A DNA stretch of 64,000 bases, from IMG/VR virus record IMGVR_UViG_3300012983_000036, positions 36,896 through 100,895 of that record. One strand, written 5' to 3'. Shown piece by piece: positions 37,163-46,946 of the stretch. The stretch's first letter is position 1; each line of letters starts with the position of its first letter. The notes beneath the pieces were generated by a model. The model worked only from the letters and a program-made list of their open reading frames with translations. It made no database searches and had not been told where the DNA came from. Source of the stretch: a virus. Taxonomy: Duplodnaviria; Caudoviricetes. Both the position numbers and the translations under genes were made by a program.

Positions 37163-39998
37163 TGAAAACTTTAAAGTACGTACAGGACTTTCTACTGACC
37201 TTTTTAACTTAGATGGTTCCTTAAAAGCTTCTGTTGTTTTAGAACTTGGCTGCTGGTACCTTTGCTCGGACACTTTAGAAGTTTACATCTGTGTAGAAGA
37301 GCAAGAAAAACTAGTATTAAAAGCACTTAATAGTACTTCTATTAAAAATGACAGTCTTTCTGAATGGCTCAACAGTGAATTTAACTTTACTGAAGACCAA
37401 GCAGGTTTTAAACGCCTAAAAAAAGGTGAGATTGCACTTGCATGTGTAGAAGTTCCTAAAGTCAATGAAGCTGGAGAACTTGAGAACATTTCTACCTATT
37501 TAATGAAAATAGGTGACGGTTTACATAGTTTTTCTGAATTAAACTGGTTATCTGCTCCTGCTTCTGATGTTTATGCTTGGGCAAAAGCTTCTGACATCTT
37601 ATATGATAAGGGGACTCTTACTTTTAAAAAGGGTATGATAGATGGTTCTGACCTTGTTTTTGATTTTACAGATACTTTCTATACACAGGAAGACGTAAAA
37701 GCTCTGGTAGAAGATAGAATTGCTAATCATGGCACTCACGTAGTTTACCCTATGTCAGCTCCTAAAGCAAATGGTAAAGCAACAGTAGGTATTTCTGATG
37801 AAGTCGCAAGAGCAGACCACGTGCATCCAACAGACGAAACTAGAGCACCTGTAGAACATACTCATCCTTCTGATGATTCAAAAGCAGATATAGACCATAT
37901 TCATGATGATGCTGAAATTTATATTGGTACTATTGGTGAAGCTGCTAACAAGGCTACTCAAAATCCAGCAATCAGTTTATTTAAAAATAATACTTTTAAA
38001 GCTGGAGTGACTCTTAATGGCGATGATTTAACTGCTATTACTTCAGATGATGAGGGTAATATTTTCTTAGAAACTGATGATTTCTTTAAAGAAAAGATTA
38101 TAGATACTCAGGTAGTAATGGATAATACTTTTTCGGTAGTTTCTGAGGACGATTACTATAAAGAACAATATGAAATCGCTATTGAGCCCATTTTCTTATC
38201 TCCTGAAGTTTCTTATGACATTGAAATTAATGGAATATCTTTGATAAATCAAAAAGTAAAAGTCTTTTCAAATGCTGATGGCGAAGAAATTGCTTATGGT
38301 TTTGGTAATGGTTACTTATGGAGTAAACGAGAAGGTCAAGAGCTATTAGAAGATACTAGCGGAAAATGCTGTATTTACTTCGATAAAGCACGAAGAGACC
38401 GACTTCACTATGTGGGAACAGATTTCTATAATAAGCCAGATCTTAGTGTTAATATAGTGATAACCTGTCGTATAGAAGAGCCAAAGACTTTCTTAGCCTT
38501 AGAAAATAAACAATTTAGTAGTGCGGGAAACAAATTGTATAAAACAACATTTGATATAGTCTCTTCTGAACTTGGTTACTGTATAGGTAATAAAGCATTT
38601 TTCCAATTAAATATTGATGACCAATTAAATATTAGTGATAATATTTACAAAGGTCAAGCACATACTTACGCTTTAAGTGACGGAAGTTTAGTTTCTTGGA
38701 TAGGAAATATAGCTTTAGTTAAAGGATTAGACATCATTGATTTTGACCAGCGTGGTATTAATTTTGCAGATACCGAAGAGACTTTCTTAATTTTAGAAGA
38801 CTATAACCAGCCAGGGTCTTTTAGCATATTTGCAAAAGATCTTCGTGATGGTATCTTAAATATAAGATTATCTGTTTTAGGCTTTAATAAGATTAATCAA
38901 CTTAGTGATAAACATTTTAAAGACCGATTGGATACTAATGCTTCTGGTTATATTTCACACGCTACAGGTGTTAGAACTTTAGCATCTGGTATAGTATCAT
39001 ATGCAGAGGGTGTAGATACTATCTCTTCTGGCAGTCATTCACACGCAGAAGGTAATTTTACATTAGCAAGCGGTACTAGTGCTCACGCTGAAGGTGGTAG
39101 CACAACAGCCAGTGGTAATAATGCCCACTCAGAAGGTGCTGGTACTAGAGCGATAGAATATTGTGCTCATGCCGAAGGTGACAACACCGAAGCTTCAGGA
39201 GTTCAGTCTCACGCAGAAGGAAATGGAACAATAGCTTCTGGCACTCAGTGTCATGCTGAAGGTAACGCTACTGTAGCTTCAGGATATGTGTCTCACTCTG
39301 AGGGTATAAATACTCAGTCAAAAAATACAGGAACCCATGCTGAGGGTGTAAATACTATTGCAGAAGGAGAAATTTCGCACGCAGAAGGTAATGGCACTCA
39401 AGCTATTGGTAACCACTCTCACGCTGAAGGCGAAAGCTCTAAAGCCGAAGGCTATGTATCACATGCAGAAGGTAGAGCAACTATTGCAAGCGGTGCAATA
39501 TCACATGCAGAGGGTGATGCTACTCAAGCTACTGAATATTGTGCTCATGCTGAAGGTCAGTCTACGCAGGCTAGGGCTGAGGGTGCGCACGCTGAAGGGG
39601 TAAGTACTATTGCAGCTAATAAAGCAGCTCATGCAGAGGGAGAGAGTACCCAGGCGAATGGGGTCTATTCTCACGCTGAAGGCCATAATACACAAGCAAA
39701 GGCCGTAGCAACTCATGCAGAGGGAGTTGGTACTATCGCGTCTGGTGATTGTCAACATGTGCAAGGTAGATATAATATTGAAGATACTGAAAACAAATAC
39801 CTACATATTATCGGTAATGGCAGTAGTACAAGTGCACGTTCCAATGCTCACACTGTTACCTGGGATGGTAATGCTTGGTATGCAGGTAGCCTAGAAGTAG
39901 TAAATGGTGTAATATTACGAGCTCCTAATGGCTATAAATATAGAATTACTGTAGATAATGGTGGAAACCTTAGTACTACTAGGTACTTTGATTCTTAA
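37152..39998 (+). CDS. tail fibre/adhesin with Mtd-N-like domain and YadA-head-like repeats
   Basis: LKKGEIAL..MKIGDG.HSFSELNW; ARADHVHP; 20 x 14-aa SHAEGxxTxAxG. Confidence 0.8.
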   Translation: MINNENFKVRTGLSTDLFNLDGSLKASVVLELGCWYLCSDTLEVYICVEEQEKLVLKALNSTSIKNDSLSEWLNSEFNFTEDQAGFKRLKKGEIALACVEVPKVNEAGELENISTYLMKIGDGLHSFSELNWLSAPASDVYAWAKASDILYDKGTLTFKKGMIDGSDLVFDFTDTFYTQEDVKALVEDRIANHGTHVVYPMSAPKANGKATVGISDEVARADHVHPTDETRAPVEHTHPSDDSKADIDHIHDDAEIYIGTIGEAANKATQNPAISLFKNNTFKAGVTLNGDDLTAITSDDEGNIFLETDDFFKEKIIDTQVVMDNTFSVVSEDDYYKEQYEIAIEPIFLSPEVSYDIEINGISLINQKVKVFSNADGEEIAYGFGNGYLWSKREGQELLEDTSGKCCIYFDKARRDRLHYVGTDFYNKPDLSVNIVITCRIEEPKTFLALENKQFSSAGNKLYKTTFDIVSSELGYCIGNKAFFQLNIDDQLNISDNIYKGQAHTYALSDGSLVSWIGNIALVKGLDIIDFDQRGINFADTEETFLILEDYNQPGSFSIFAKDLRDGILNIRLSVLGFNKINQLSDKHFKDRLDTNASGYISHATGVRTLASGIVSYAEGVDTISSGSHSHAEGNFTLASGTSAHAEGGSTTASGNNAHSEGAGTRAIEYCAHAEGDNTEASGVQSHAEGNGTIASGTQCHAEGNATVASGYVSHSEGINTQSKNTGTHAEGVNTIAEGEISHAEGNGTQAIGNHSHAEGESSKAEGYVSHAEGRATIASGAISHAEGDATQATEYCAHAEGQSTQARAEGAHAEGVSTIAANKAAHAEGESTQANGVYSHAEGHNTQAKAVATHAEGVGTIASGDCQHVQGRYNIEDTENKYLHIIGNGSSTSARSNAHTVTWDGNAWYAGSLEVVNGVILRAPNGYKYRITVDNGGNLSTTRYFDS
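38940..39776 (+). repeat. 42-nt coding tandem repeat (20 copies of xHAEG 14-mer)
   Basis: Counted HATG/YAEG/HAEG/HSEG/HVQG units. Confidence 0.85.
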
Positions 39999-40029
39999 AA
40001 ATCTTAAAAACTAATATAAAAATAAAAAT

Positions 40030-40072
40030 TGTATAATAATTAGAGGTATTTTATTAGTAAAATACCTCTAAT
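40030..40072 (+). promoter_or_regulatory. class A motif followed by 15-bp hairpin upstream of endolysin
   Basis: TGTATAATA then ATTAGAGGTATTTTA-TTAG-TAAAATACCTCTAAT. Confidence 0.55.
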
Positions 40073-40097
40073 AATAAAAATAAAGGAGACATGTATA

Positions 40098-41987
40098 ATG
40101 GCATTTAAACTAGCTTTATCAGCTGGTCATTATCTGTACACACCCGGAAAAAGATGTAGTAAGTCTATTGACCCTAATGAAACTCGTGAGTGGTGGCTTA
40201 ATGACAGAATTGCTGATAGAATCGAAGTCTTATTAAAAGACTATGACGGTATACAAGTCTTAAGACTTGATGACACCACAGGTAAAAAAGAAGTAACTCT
40301 TAGAACAAGATCTGATGCCTCTAATAAATGGGGTGCTGATTTTTACCTCGCAGTGCACCACAATGCTGGAATTAATGGCGGTAAAGGTGGCGGTATTACT
40401 TCACATGTATATCTTACTCCGTCAGCAGAGTCACTTATCTGGCAGAAAGAACTGTATAATGCACTTATCGCTGCGACGGGTTTAAAAGGAAATCGTTCTA
40501 ATCCACTTGTTAGACAGAATTTACACGAATGTAGAGAGCCATATGCTCCTGCTGTTTTACTTGAGCTTGGTTTCATGGATAGTACAACTGATGTACCAAT
40601 TATTCTTACTCAAAAATATGCTTATGCTTGCGCACAGGCATGTGTTGATGTTATCGTAAAAAGAGCCGGCTTAAAGAAAAAAGCTACTAGCAGCTCAGCT
40701 ACCACACCAACTAATGCTAGTACATATAAATTAGTTACTAAGGTTAATAAATACACAAATGCTGCAGATGCAAAAGCAAAGAAAAACAGTGTAGGTATAT
40801 ATAAAGCTGGAACATATTATATCTTTACTAAGTATCCAAATGGTGTAGACGGAATGTTTAACATTACTACAGATAAAACAGGCAAAGAAGCCGGTGCTTG
40901 GATTAATCCTGCTGAAAATAAAATAAAAGAATCCGAAGATAAAAACGTTCAGAAACTTTATAGAGTCAGAACTTCTTGGGCTGATACTAAATCACAGAAG
41001 GGCGCATTTAGCTCTCTTACTAACGCTAAAGAATGCTGTCAGTCTGCTGGTAAAGGCTATAAAGTATTTGATTGGAATGGTAAAGAAGTTTATGCTTATA
41101 AAGCTCCGGCAGCCTCTTCGACCACTACAACTACTAAGCCTGCTGAAAAACCTGTAGAAGCTAAACCTAAGAAAGTTTATGAGCTTGATTATCCTGAAAA
41201 GCATCAGATTATTGAATATGACTTCGTTGCTACAGAAGGTATTAATGAAGAAGCCTGTACACGTGCTATTATTGCAATTAAGAAAAATAACCCAGATTTC
41301 GATATTGAAATTGCAAAAGCATTTTTCTTACTTGCTGATGAATATCATATTGACCCAATGAGAGCTATTGCTCAGTCTATCTTAGAAACCGGCTGGTTTA
41401 AATTTGTAGGTTCAAGTGTAAAAGCTAGTCAGCACAATTATTGTGGTCTTGGTGCAACCGGTGGTGGAGCAAGTGGCGCTTCCTTTGCTACTATTGAAGA
41501 CGGTGTAAGAGCTCAGCTCCAACATTTATATGCTTATGGTTGTAAAGACGCTCTTCCTAAAGATGAAGCTACTATTGTAGACCCACGCTTCAAATACGTA
41601 ACAAGAGGCATTGCAGTTTATTGGGAGCAGCTTGCTGGTAGATGGGCAGTTCCTGGTTATGATGGCTCAGACCCTGAAGTGGCTATGAAAAAAGGTCTTA
41701 CTTACGGACAGAAGATTGACGGTCTTTACAAAGGTTTAATGGCTGTTAAGGTAACTAAGGCAGATATTAAGAAATACTTTGAAGTAAAAGAAGAAGTAAA
41801 GCCGGAAGTGGAAGTTAAACCTGAGACAAAACCTGAGTCTAAACCTACCCCTGAACAGGATCCGGTAATTGAAACACCTGAAGTACCTGAAGAAAATGCA
41901 GATAAAAAAGTAAACTTTATCGTAGATATTGTTCTTAAGGTTCTTAGAAAGCTCGCGGAAATCTTTATTGACAACTTTAAAAAATAA
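40098..41987 (+). CDS. endolysin: Amidase_3 + cell-wall-binding modules + GH73 glucosaminidase
   Basis: SAGH..E, AVHHNA, LLELGFMD; YRVRTSWADTKSQKGAF; AIAQSILETGW, HNYCGLG, RWA. Confidence 0.9.
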   Translation: MAFKLALSAGHYLYTPGKRCSKSIDPNETREWWLNDRIADRIEVLLKDYDGIQVLRLDDTTGKKEVTLRTRSDASNKWGADFYLAVHHNAGINGGKGGGITSHVYLTPSAESLIWQKELYNALIAATGLKGNRSNPLVRQNLHECREPYAPAVLLELGFMDSTTDVPIILTQKYAYACAQACVDVIVKRAGLKKKATSSSATTPTNASTYKLVTKVNKYTNAADAKAKKNSVGIYKAGTYYIFTKYPNGVDGMFNITTDKTGKEAGAWINPAENKIKESEDKNVQKLYRVRTSWADTKSQKGAFSSLTNAKECCQSAGKGYKVFDWNGKEVYAYKAPAASSTTTTTKPAEKPVEAKPKKVYELDYPEKHQIIEYDFVATEGINEEACTRAIIAIKKNNPDFDIEIAKAFFLLADEYHIDPMRAIAQSILETGWFKFVGSSVKASQHNYCGLGATGGGASGASFATIEDGVRAQLQHLYAYGCKDALPKDEATIVDPRFKYVTRGIAVYWEQLAGRWAVPGYDGSDPEVAMKKGLTYGQKIDGLYKGLMAVKVTKADIKKYFEVKEEVKPEVEVKPETKPESKPTPEQDPVIETPEVPEENADKKVNFIVDIVLKVLRKLAEIFIDNFKK

Positions 41988-42000
41988 TAGGAGATAAATT

Positions 42001-42390
42001 ATGGATTGGTTAGATATTTTGAATCAAGCTTTTCAGACAGTAGCTCCTGCCATTATGTCAGCTCTCTCAATGATTTTAATCTTCGGGTTATGTCGTGTGA
42101 TTAAAGATACAAAAAACAGAGTAGCTAATGATACTACTGAAAAGTATTTTAAAATGTTAGAAACTACTGTAACAAATGCAGTTTTAGCAACTACTCAAAC
42201 ATATGTAGATGCTATGAAAAAAGAAAATGCTTTTGATAAAGAAGCTCAGAAAAAAGCATTTAATATGACTTATGAAGCAGTAATGAAAGTATTAACTGAC
42301 GAGGCTAAGCGTTATTTAGAAGCTGCTGTAGGCGATTTATCAGTTTATATTACAAATCAGATTGAGGCTACAGTTAAGCTAACAAAATAA
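42001..42390 (+). CDS. putative holin (LL-H-like)
   Basis: N-terminal TM; AVLATTQTYVDAMKK..FDKEAQKKA; IEATV; follows endolysin. Confidence 0.7.
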   Translation: MDWLDILNQAFQTVAPAIMSALSMILIFGLCRVIKDTKNRVANDTTEKYFKMLETTVTNAVLATTQTYVDAMKKENAFDKEAQKKAFNMTYEAVMKVLTDEAKRYLEAAVGDLSVYITNQIEATVKLTK

Positions 42391-42395
42391 TTAGT

Positions 42396-42433
42396 ATAAA
42401 GTCAGTAGCTATTTAAGCTACTGACTTTATTTT
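42396..42433 (+). terminator. intrinsic terminator
   Basis: ATAAAGTCAGTAGCT/AGCTACTGACTTTAT. Confidence 0.75.
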
Positions 42434-42451
42434 AAATTAGGAGAATTATTT

Positions 42452-43249
42452 ATGATTCAATTTAAACGAGGAACAACCTCAGTAGAATTAAAAGAAATCT
42501 CAATTCTTGGATTTAAATTTTATATTCCAAAACGTACACCAGGGTCTTGGAAAGATATTAAACTTGCTGACGGTCAGCCTGGCTACGATAAAGCGGTTAG
42601 AAAGCTTAAAGTAGGTGATGGTGAACATACTTGGGAAGAGCTCCCTTATTTAAATAGTGGTTTAGAGTCTGAACAAATATTAGACTCAGAATTAAGAGCA
42701 CGAGCTCGAAAGGTCTTAGATAAAGATGATGAAACTCTTTTTACTTATGGTACTATAGACCCTGATGATGATATGGCAGGTCAAATATACTTTCAACAAT
42801 TTGACGGAAAGCCAGAAGCTGATTACGTAATTGAGAGTGGCAGGTCAGGTATTTGGTATTATCGTAAGTGGTATAGTGGATTATCTGAATGCTGGGGGAC
42901 TTTACAACTTACAACTCATATTTCAACTCCTTGGGGTCGAGAAAATCAAGGAACTTACTATAATGGGACTAAAAAAATGGATAGACAGTCTTATCCGAGA
43001 GGTTTATTTGTTTCTATTCCAGTCGAAGTAGCTTCTGTTACTATGTCTTTTGAAGGTTCCTCTGATGACTCTGATGAATCTGACCCTGATGAAATTGCCA
43101 CTTCTGTTGGCGTTTGGACTGCCACAGCTGAAAATAATACAAAAACTCAAACAGCTAGATATCATATATTAAAGGGTGGCGGCCCCGTAGATAAGCAAGA
43201 AGCACAATTAAGTCTTAACTTCGTAGTTACTGGCTACTGGAAAAACTGA
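42452..43249 (+). CDS. tail protein with Mtd-N-like domain and fibre C-terminal domain
   Basis: IQFKRGT..LADGQPGYD..LKVGDGEHTWEELPY; DYVIESG..W.YRKW.SG..ECWG. Confidence 0.75.
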   Translation: MIQFKRGTTSVELKEISILGFKFYIPKRTPGSWKDIKLADGQPGYDKAVRKLKVGDGEHTWEELPYLNSGLESEQILDSELRARARKVLDKDDETLFTYGTIDPDDDMAGQIYFQQFDGKPEADYVIESGRSGIWYYRKWYSGLSECWGTLQLTTHISTPWGRENQGTYYNGTKKMDRQSYPRGLFVSIPVEVASVTMSFEGSSDDSDESDPDEIATSVGVWTATAENNTKTQTARYHILKGGGPVDKQEAQLSLNFVVTGYWKN

Positions 43250-43270
43250 CAGAATGGGTGATATAAATTT

Positions 43271-44857
43271 ATGAGTACTAAAATGATAGTATCACAATTA
43301 GTCACTAGTGTGGATGGATTAGCTTATGATACATCTGCATTAAATTATAATAAATACTCATCCAGAAACGGCAATGCTATAACGCGCATAACAATACACC
43401 ATTGCGCTGGTGTTATGAATGACCTAAATTCAATGCGTAGTTGTATAAGAAATCCATCCAGAGAAATGTCCTGCAATTATTTTATAACAAATTCAGGTAC
43501 TATTTACTGTATGCTGCCTGAAAATTTCCGGGCTTGGACTTCGTCTAACGGTGCAAATGATCGTAGAGCTATAACTATAGAAGTTTCTAATTCTGCAGTA
43601 AATGACAGCTGGCCTGTCTCTAATGAAGCCATGTCTGCACTTATTTCATTATGCACAGACATTTGTAGACGATATGGTATTGTATTAGTGGCAACAGGTA
43701 ATGCAAATACTGACACCTTGACTCGACATAATATGTTCACAAGTACTACATGTCCTGGTCCATTTTTACAAAGTCGCTTTGAAACTATCGCAACAATGGT
43801 GAATAATAAGGCAAAAGAATCTGGGTATTATTCGGCAGAAGAGATACGAACTCTACTAAGTACAATAACAGATAGTAAGTTTTCTCTTGATACTGTTTTG
43901 TTAGGACAAACTTATATAGCACCATTAGAAATATCTAATCCAATGATTGACTCACTTAAATTATCTAATAAAACATATAAGTATGATTTAAAAGTTACTG
44001 GTACAGTAAACCGGAACACCTCAGACTTAAAAATAATTTTATTTGACCAAGATGGAAAGACTATAGAAACGCTTTCGATAGAGGGTAGTAATCTAGAAAA
44101 TCTTTCAGATGGCGGTGATGAGGGCTCAACTGAGGATTTAGATGACCTTGGTGCTGCTTCTGAAGACGCTGTATCGACACTTTATTTAAATACTTTTAGT
44201 TTTGAAGGCAGCTTTAATAACTTAGAATTAGATACTACTTATAAAATACAGTTTCAAGGTGCCGGTGCAGCAGGGGGTTCAAATGAAGAAGTCGTACAGT
44301 CAGCTATTGTGCAGTTTAAAACACCTCAGTCTTACCCTAAACCAGTAACTAATTTAGTGTTACACCGAGATTATGATATTGAGAAGGATCTAACTTCGCC
44401 TGATAAACCTTTTAAAGCCTATTTTAAATTACCTGCATCAAGCTTTTGGGGAGCTTGGCCAAATAGAACAGATGTTACCTGTACTAAGGGTTATACCTTA
44501 ATGCTTTTTGTTAATAATAAAGTAGTTGCTTCTAGAGAGGTTGACCTTGGATCTACTTATGCTTTGGAAGTTGATTTTTCTTTTATACCCAAGCGTTTTA
44601 AGCTTACAGAGAGCCAACAAAAAATTGATTATCGTTGTATGCACAGAGACACTATTCAAATAGGCATTCAAACTTGGGTACGTATTAAATCCAAAGGTAA
44701 CACAGTTAAAGTAGCCAATTCTCAGGAAATTCTTAGAACTAACCCAATTATTTTATGTCCAGAAACATTAATAACTGATAGACTATACAGAATAGCTAAT
44801 AAACAGATTAGTAAAATACTTATTCAAAACTTTATAATCCCGAGGTGGTCGCGTTAA
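43271..44857 (+). CDS. N-acetylmuramoyl-L-alanine amidase (Amidase_2) with beta-rich C-terminal domains
   Basis: ITIHHCAG, SCNYFI, RAWTSS..ND.RAITIEV, H..F..T.CPG. Confidence 0.88.
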   Translation: MSTKMIVSQLVTSVDGLAYDTSALNYNKYSSRNGNAITRITIHHCAGVMNDLNSMRSCIRNPSREMSCNYFITNSGTIYCMLPENFRAWTSSNGANDRRAITIEVSNSAVNDSWPVSNEAMSALISLCTDICRRYGIVLVATGNANTDTLTRHNMFTSTTCPGPFLQSRFETIATMVNNKAKESGYYSAEEIRTLLSTITDSKFSLDTVLLGQTYIAPLEISNPMIDSLKLSNKTYKYDLKVTGTVNRNTSDLKIILFDQDGKTIETLSIEGSNLENLSDGGDEGSTEDLDDLGAASEDAVSTLYLNTFSFEGSFNNLELDTTYKIQFQGAGAAGGSNEEVVQSAIVQFKTPQSYPKPVTNLVLHRDYDIEKDLTSPDKPFKAYFKLPASSFWGAWPNRTDVTCTKGYTLMLFVNNKVVASREVDLGSTYALEVDFSFIPKRFKLTESQQKIDYRCMHRDTIQIGIQTWVRIKSKGNTVKVANSQEILRTNPIILCPETLITDRLYRIANKQISKILIQNFIIPRWSR

Positions 44858-46645
44858 ATGACAAAAGAAGAAATTCAGAAATACGTTTGTAATTTTTTGC
44901 TTACTAAACAGCTACCTATGGAGTCTGTTTGTGCTGTTATGGGAAATATTACCGGTGAGAGTAGCTGGGATGTGAATGCAATCGAACACGGTAGTGGTAT
45001 TGGGTTCGGTCTTTGCCAGTGGTCTTATGACAGAAGAAAACAGATAGAGGCTTATGGAGTATCTCTGCAACACCAATGTGAATTTTTGTGGAGTGAGCTA
45101 TCGGGTGAAAATTGTAAATTAACTGGCGCGGACCCTCAGTGGATAGCAAACTCAGACTGTGCCAGAGAAAACGGCTTTGTTTCAGACTTTTCATTACAGT
45201 CATTCCTAACTGCTAATTATTCAGGTTCCCAATATACCTGGCCTGCCTCAGATCCGATTAAAAAGGTAGAAGAGCTAACAAAAGCCTTTTGCTACTGTTG
45301 GGAGCGCCCTGGTACTCCACATATAAATAGAAGAATAAACTCAGCTAAAGAGTTTTTTGAAACTTTTGCAGGTTTATCTTTTACTCCTCGAACAAAAGCC
45401 CCTAGTAGTACAGCTAAATATTGGCGACACGTTTCTGTAGGAGGAGTTAATGAGTGTATACATATAGCAAATGGTTCTGTACTCCCTAATTGTGTTGGTT
45501 ATGCTTGGGGACGTGCATATGAAATAATGCAAGTGAAACCTACCCTTTCAAGAAATAATGCTGGAAAATGGTTTGGTAATACTGCAGACGGCTACCAACG
45601 AGGAAATGTTCCACAACTTGGTGCTATTATGTGTTGTTCTTCTAAAACAGGGGGAGCTGGTCATGTATCTGTGGTAGAAGAGATAATAAAGGATGCTAGT
45701 GGTAATATAACAAGTATAAGAACATCAAATAGTGCTTATAATGGAACTCGTTTTTATATGTCCACCTTATCTTGGCCGTATAGTTCATCTAGTTATACTT
45801 TTCAAGGTTTTATTTATCTTCCTAATATTAGAGGCACCACTGCGGGCGGTTTAGGTGTTCAACAAAGTAAACCTACAATTTTAAAATATGAAACGGTAAA
45901 TACTTCACCACAAAAGTTAGAAACTACAATTGTTTTTAGATCAAATGCTTCTCAAATTTCTAGTATTGAATATTTATTAGCAACGGAAGAAGACTTACTA
46001 AACAGTACACTTGTGACCGATGGAAAGCCTACTGAGGGTTTTTGGAACCAGCGAAAAGGCTCTGTGGCCCTAAATGCTGATGAAGATGGGTTAGAGGACA
46101 GAAGTACTATTAAATTTGAAGTCTCTAACTTAATTCCAAATTCATACTATACTTTTTGGTGTCGAATTAAATATTCGGTAAACGGCGCTGCAGACCTAAT
46201 AAATTTTAATAAAGTTTATTTTAAATCTAAGCAGGCTTTGCCAGAGTCGGTTGCTGATATTAAGTTAAAGTCTTTGCAAAGACCGCTAGCTAGCAACGCC
46301 TTTAATTACTCTTTTACATTGCCCTCTAAAAATGCTTATGGCTATTGGGCAAAGCAAAACAAGGACTGTGGCTACTCTGTCTATCTTGTATCGAACGGTA
46401 AACATCGACTTCTATATGAAGAAAAATGTACGCCTGGTACTACAGTCTCTAATTCTATTATTCCACGCCTGCACGGCTTGAAATTTACTGATAACTTTCA
46501 AATAGGTGTTTCTACTTGGGTGGCTTTAGGAGAAAAAGAGACAGACTATCTATTTGATTGTGATTTTCCAAAATGTTCAAATTCAATATGTTTAAGAGAT
46601 AATATTTTTGATATCTATTTAAGCAAAGATTTAATTCAAAAATAA
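44858..46645 (+). CDS. phage tail lysozyme + CHAP peptidase with beta-rich C-terminal domains
   Basis: MGNITGES..GFGLCQWS..WERPG; PNCVGYAWGR..GHVSVVE..SNS. Confidence 0.88.
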   Translation: MTKEEIQKYVCNFLLTKQLPMESVCAVMGNITGESSWDVNAIEHGSGIGFGLCQWSYDRRKQIEAYGVSLQHQCEFLWSELSGENCKLTGADPQWIANSDCARENGFVSDFSLQSFLTANYSGSQYTWPASDPIKKVEELTKAFCYCWERPGTPHINRRINSAKEFFETFAGLSFTPRTKAPSSTAKYWRHVSVGGVNECIHIANGSVLPNCVGYAWGRAYEIMQVKPTLSRNNAGKWFGNTADGYQRGNVPQLGAIMCCSSKTGGAGHVSVVEEIIKDASGNITSIRTSNSAYNGTRFYMSTLSWPYSSSSYTFQGFIYLPNIRGTTAGGLGVQQSKPTILKYETVNTSPQKLETTIVFRSNASQISSIEYLLATEEDLLNSTLVTDGKPTEGFWNQRKGSVALNADEDGLEDRSTIKFEVSNLIPNSYYTFWCRIKYSVNGAADLINFNKVYFKSKQALPESVADIKLKSLQRPLASNAFNYSFTLPSKNAYGYWAKQNKDCGYSVYLVSNGKHRLLYEEKCTPGTTVSNSIIPRLHGLKFTDNFQIGVSTWVALGEKETDYLFDCDFPKCSNSICLRDNIFDIYLSKDLIQK

Positions 46646-46650
46646 AGATA

Positions 46651-46665
46651 GGCTAAATTATACAA
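46651..46665 (+). promoter_or_regulatory. class B promoter motif (variant)
   Basis: GGCTAAATTATACAA. Confidence 0.45.
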
Positions 46666-46679
46666 GGAGATGATAATTG

Positions 46680-46943
46680 ATGAATCAAAATTCAAAGAAA
46701 AAAGTATCTAATATTATGTTAGTTGTAATAATTACTTTAATAGTGCTTTATACAGGAGCTGCTTTTGTTCTAGAGGCTCTTTATAGCAGAGAGATTAGTC
46801 CAACTTTAACTGGAGCTTATTTTTCTTTTTGTGGTGTTGAGCTTGTTAGTTTAGCTGCTATTAAAACTTCAAAGTTAAAATATAATCAAGATTCAGAAAG
46901 TATCCCAGAGTCGACTGAGGATATTATAAATGAGGAGGAATAA
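46680..46943 (+). CDS. small 2-TM membrane protein (holin-like)
   Basis: Two hydrophobic helices, acidic tail. Confidence 0.65.
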   Translation: MNQNSKKKVSNIMLVVIITLIVLYTGAAFVLEALYSREISPTLTGAYFSFCGVELVSLAAIKTSKLKYNQDSESIPESTEDIINEEE

Positions 46944-46946
46944 GCT

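Noticed and set aside
37152-43249. Diversity-generating retroelement suggested by Mtd-N-like domains
   Set aside because: No reverse transcriptase and no TR/VR adenine-variant repeat pair noticed in the window
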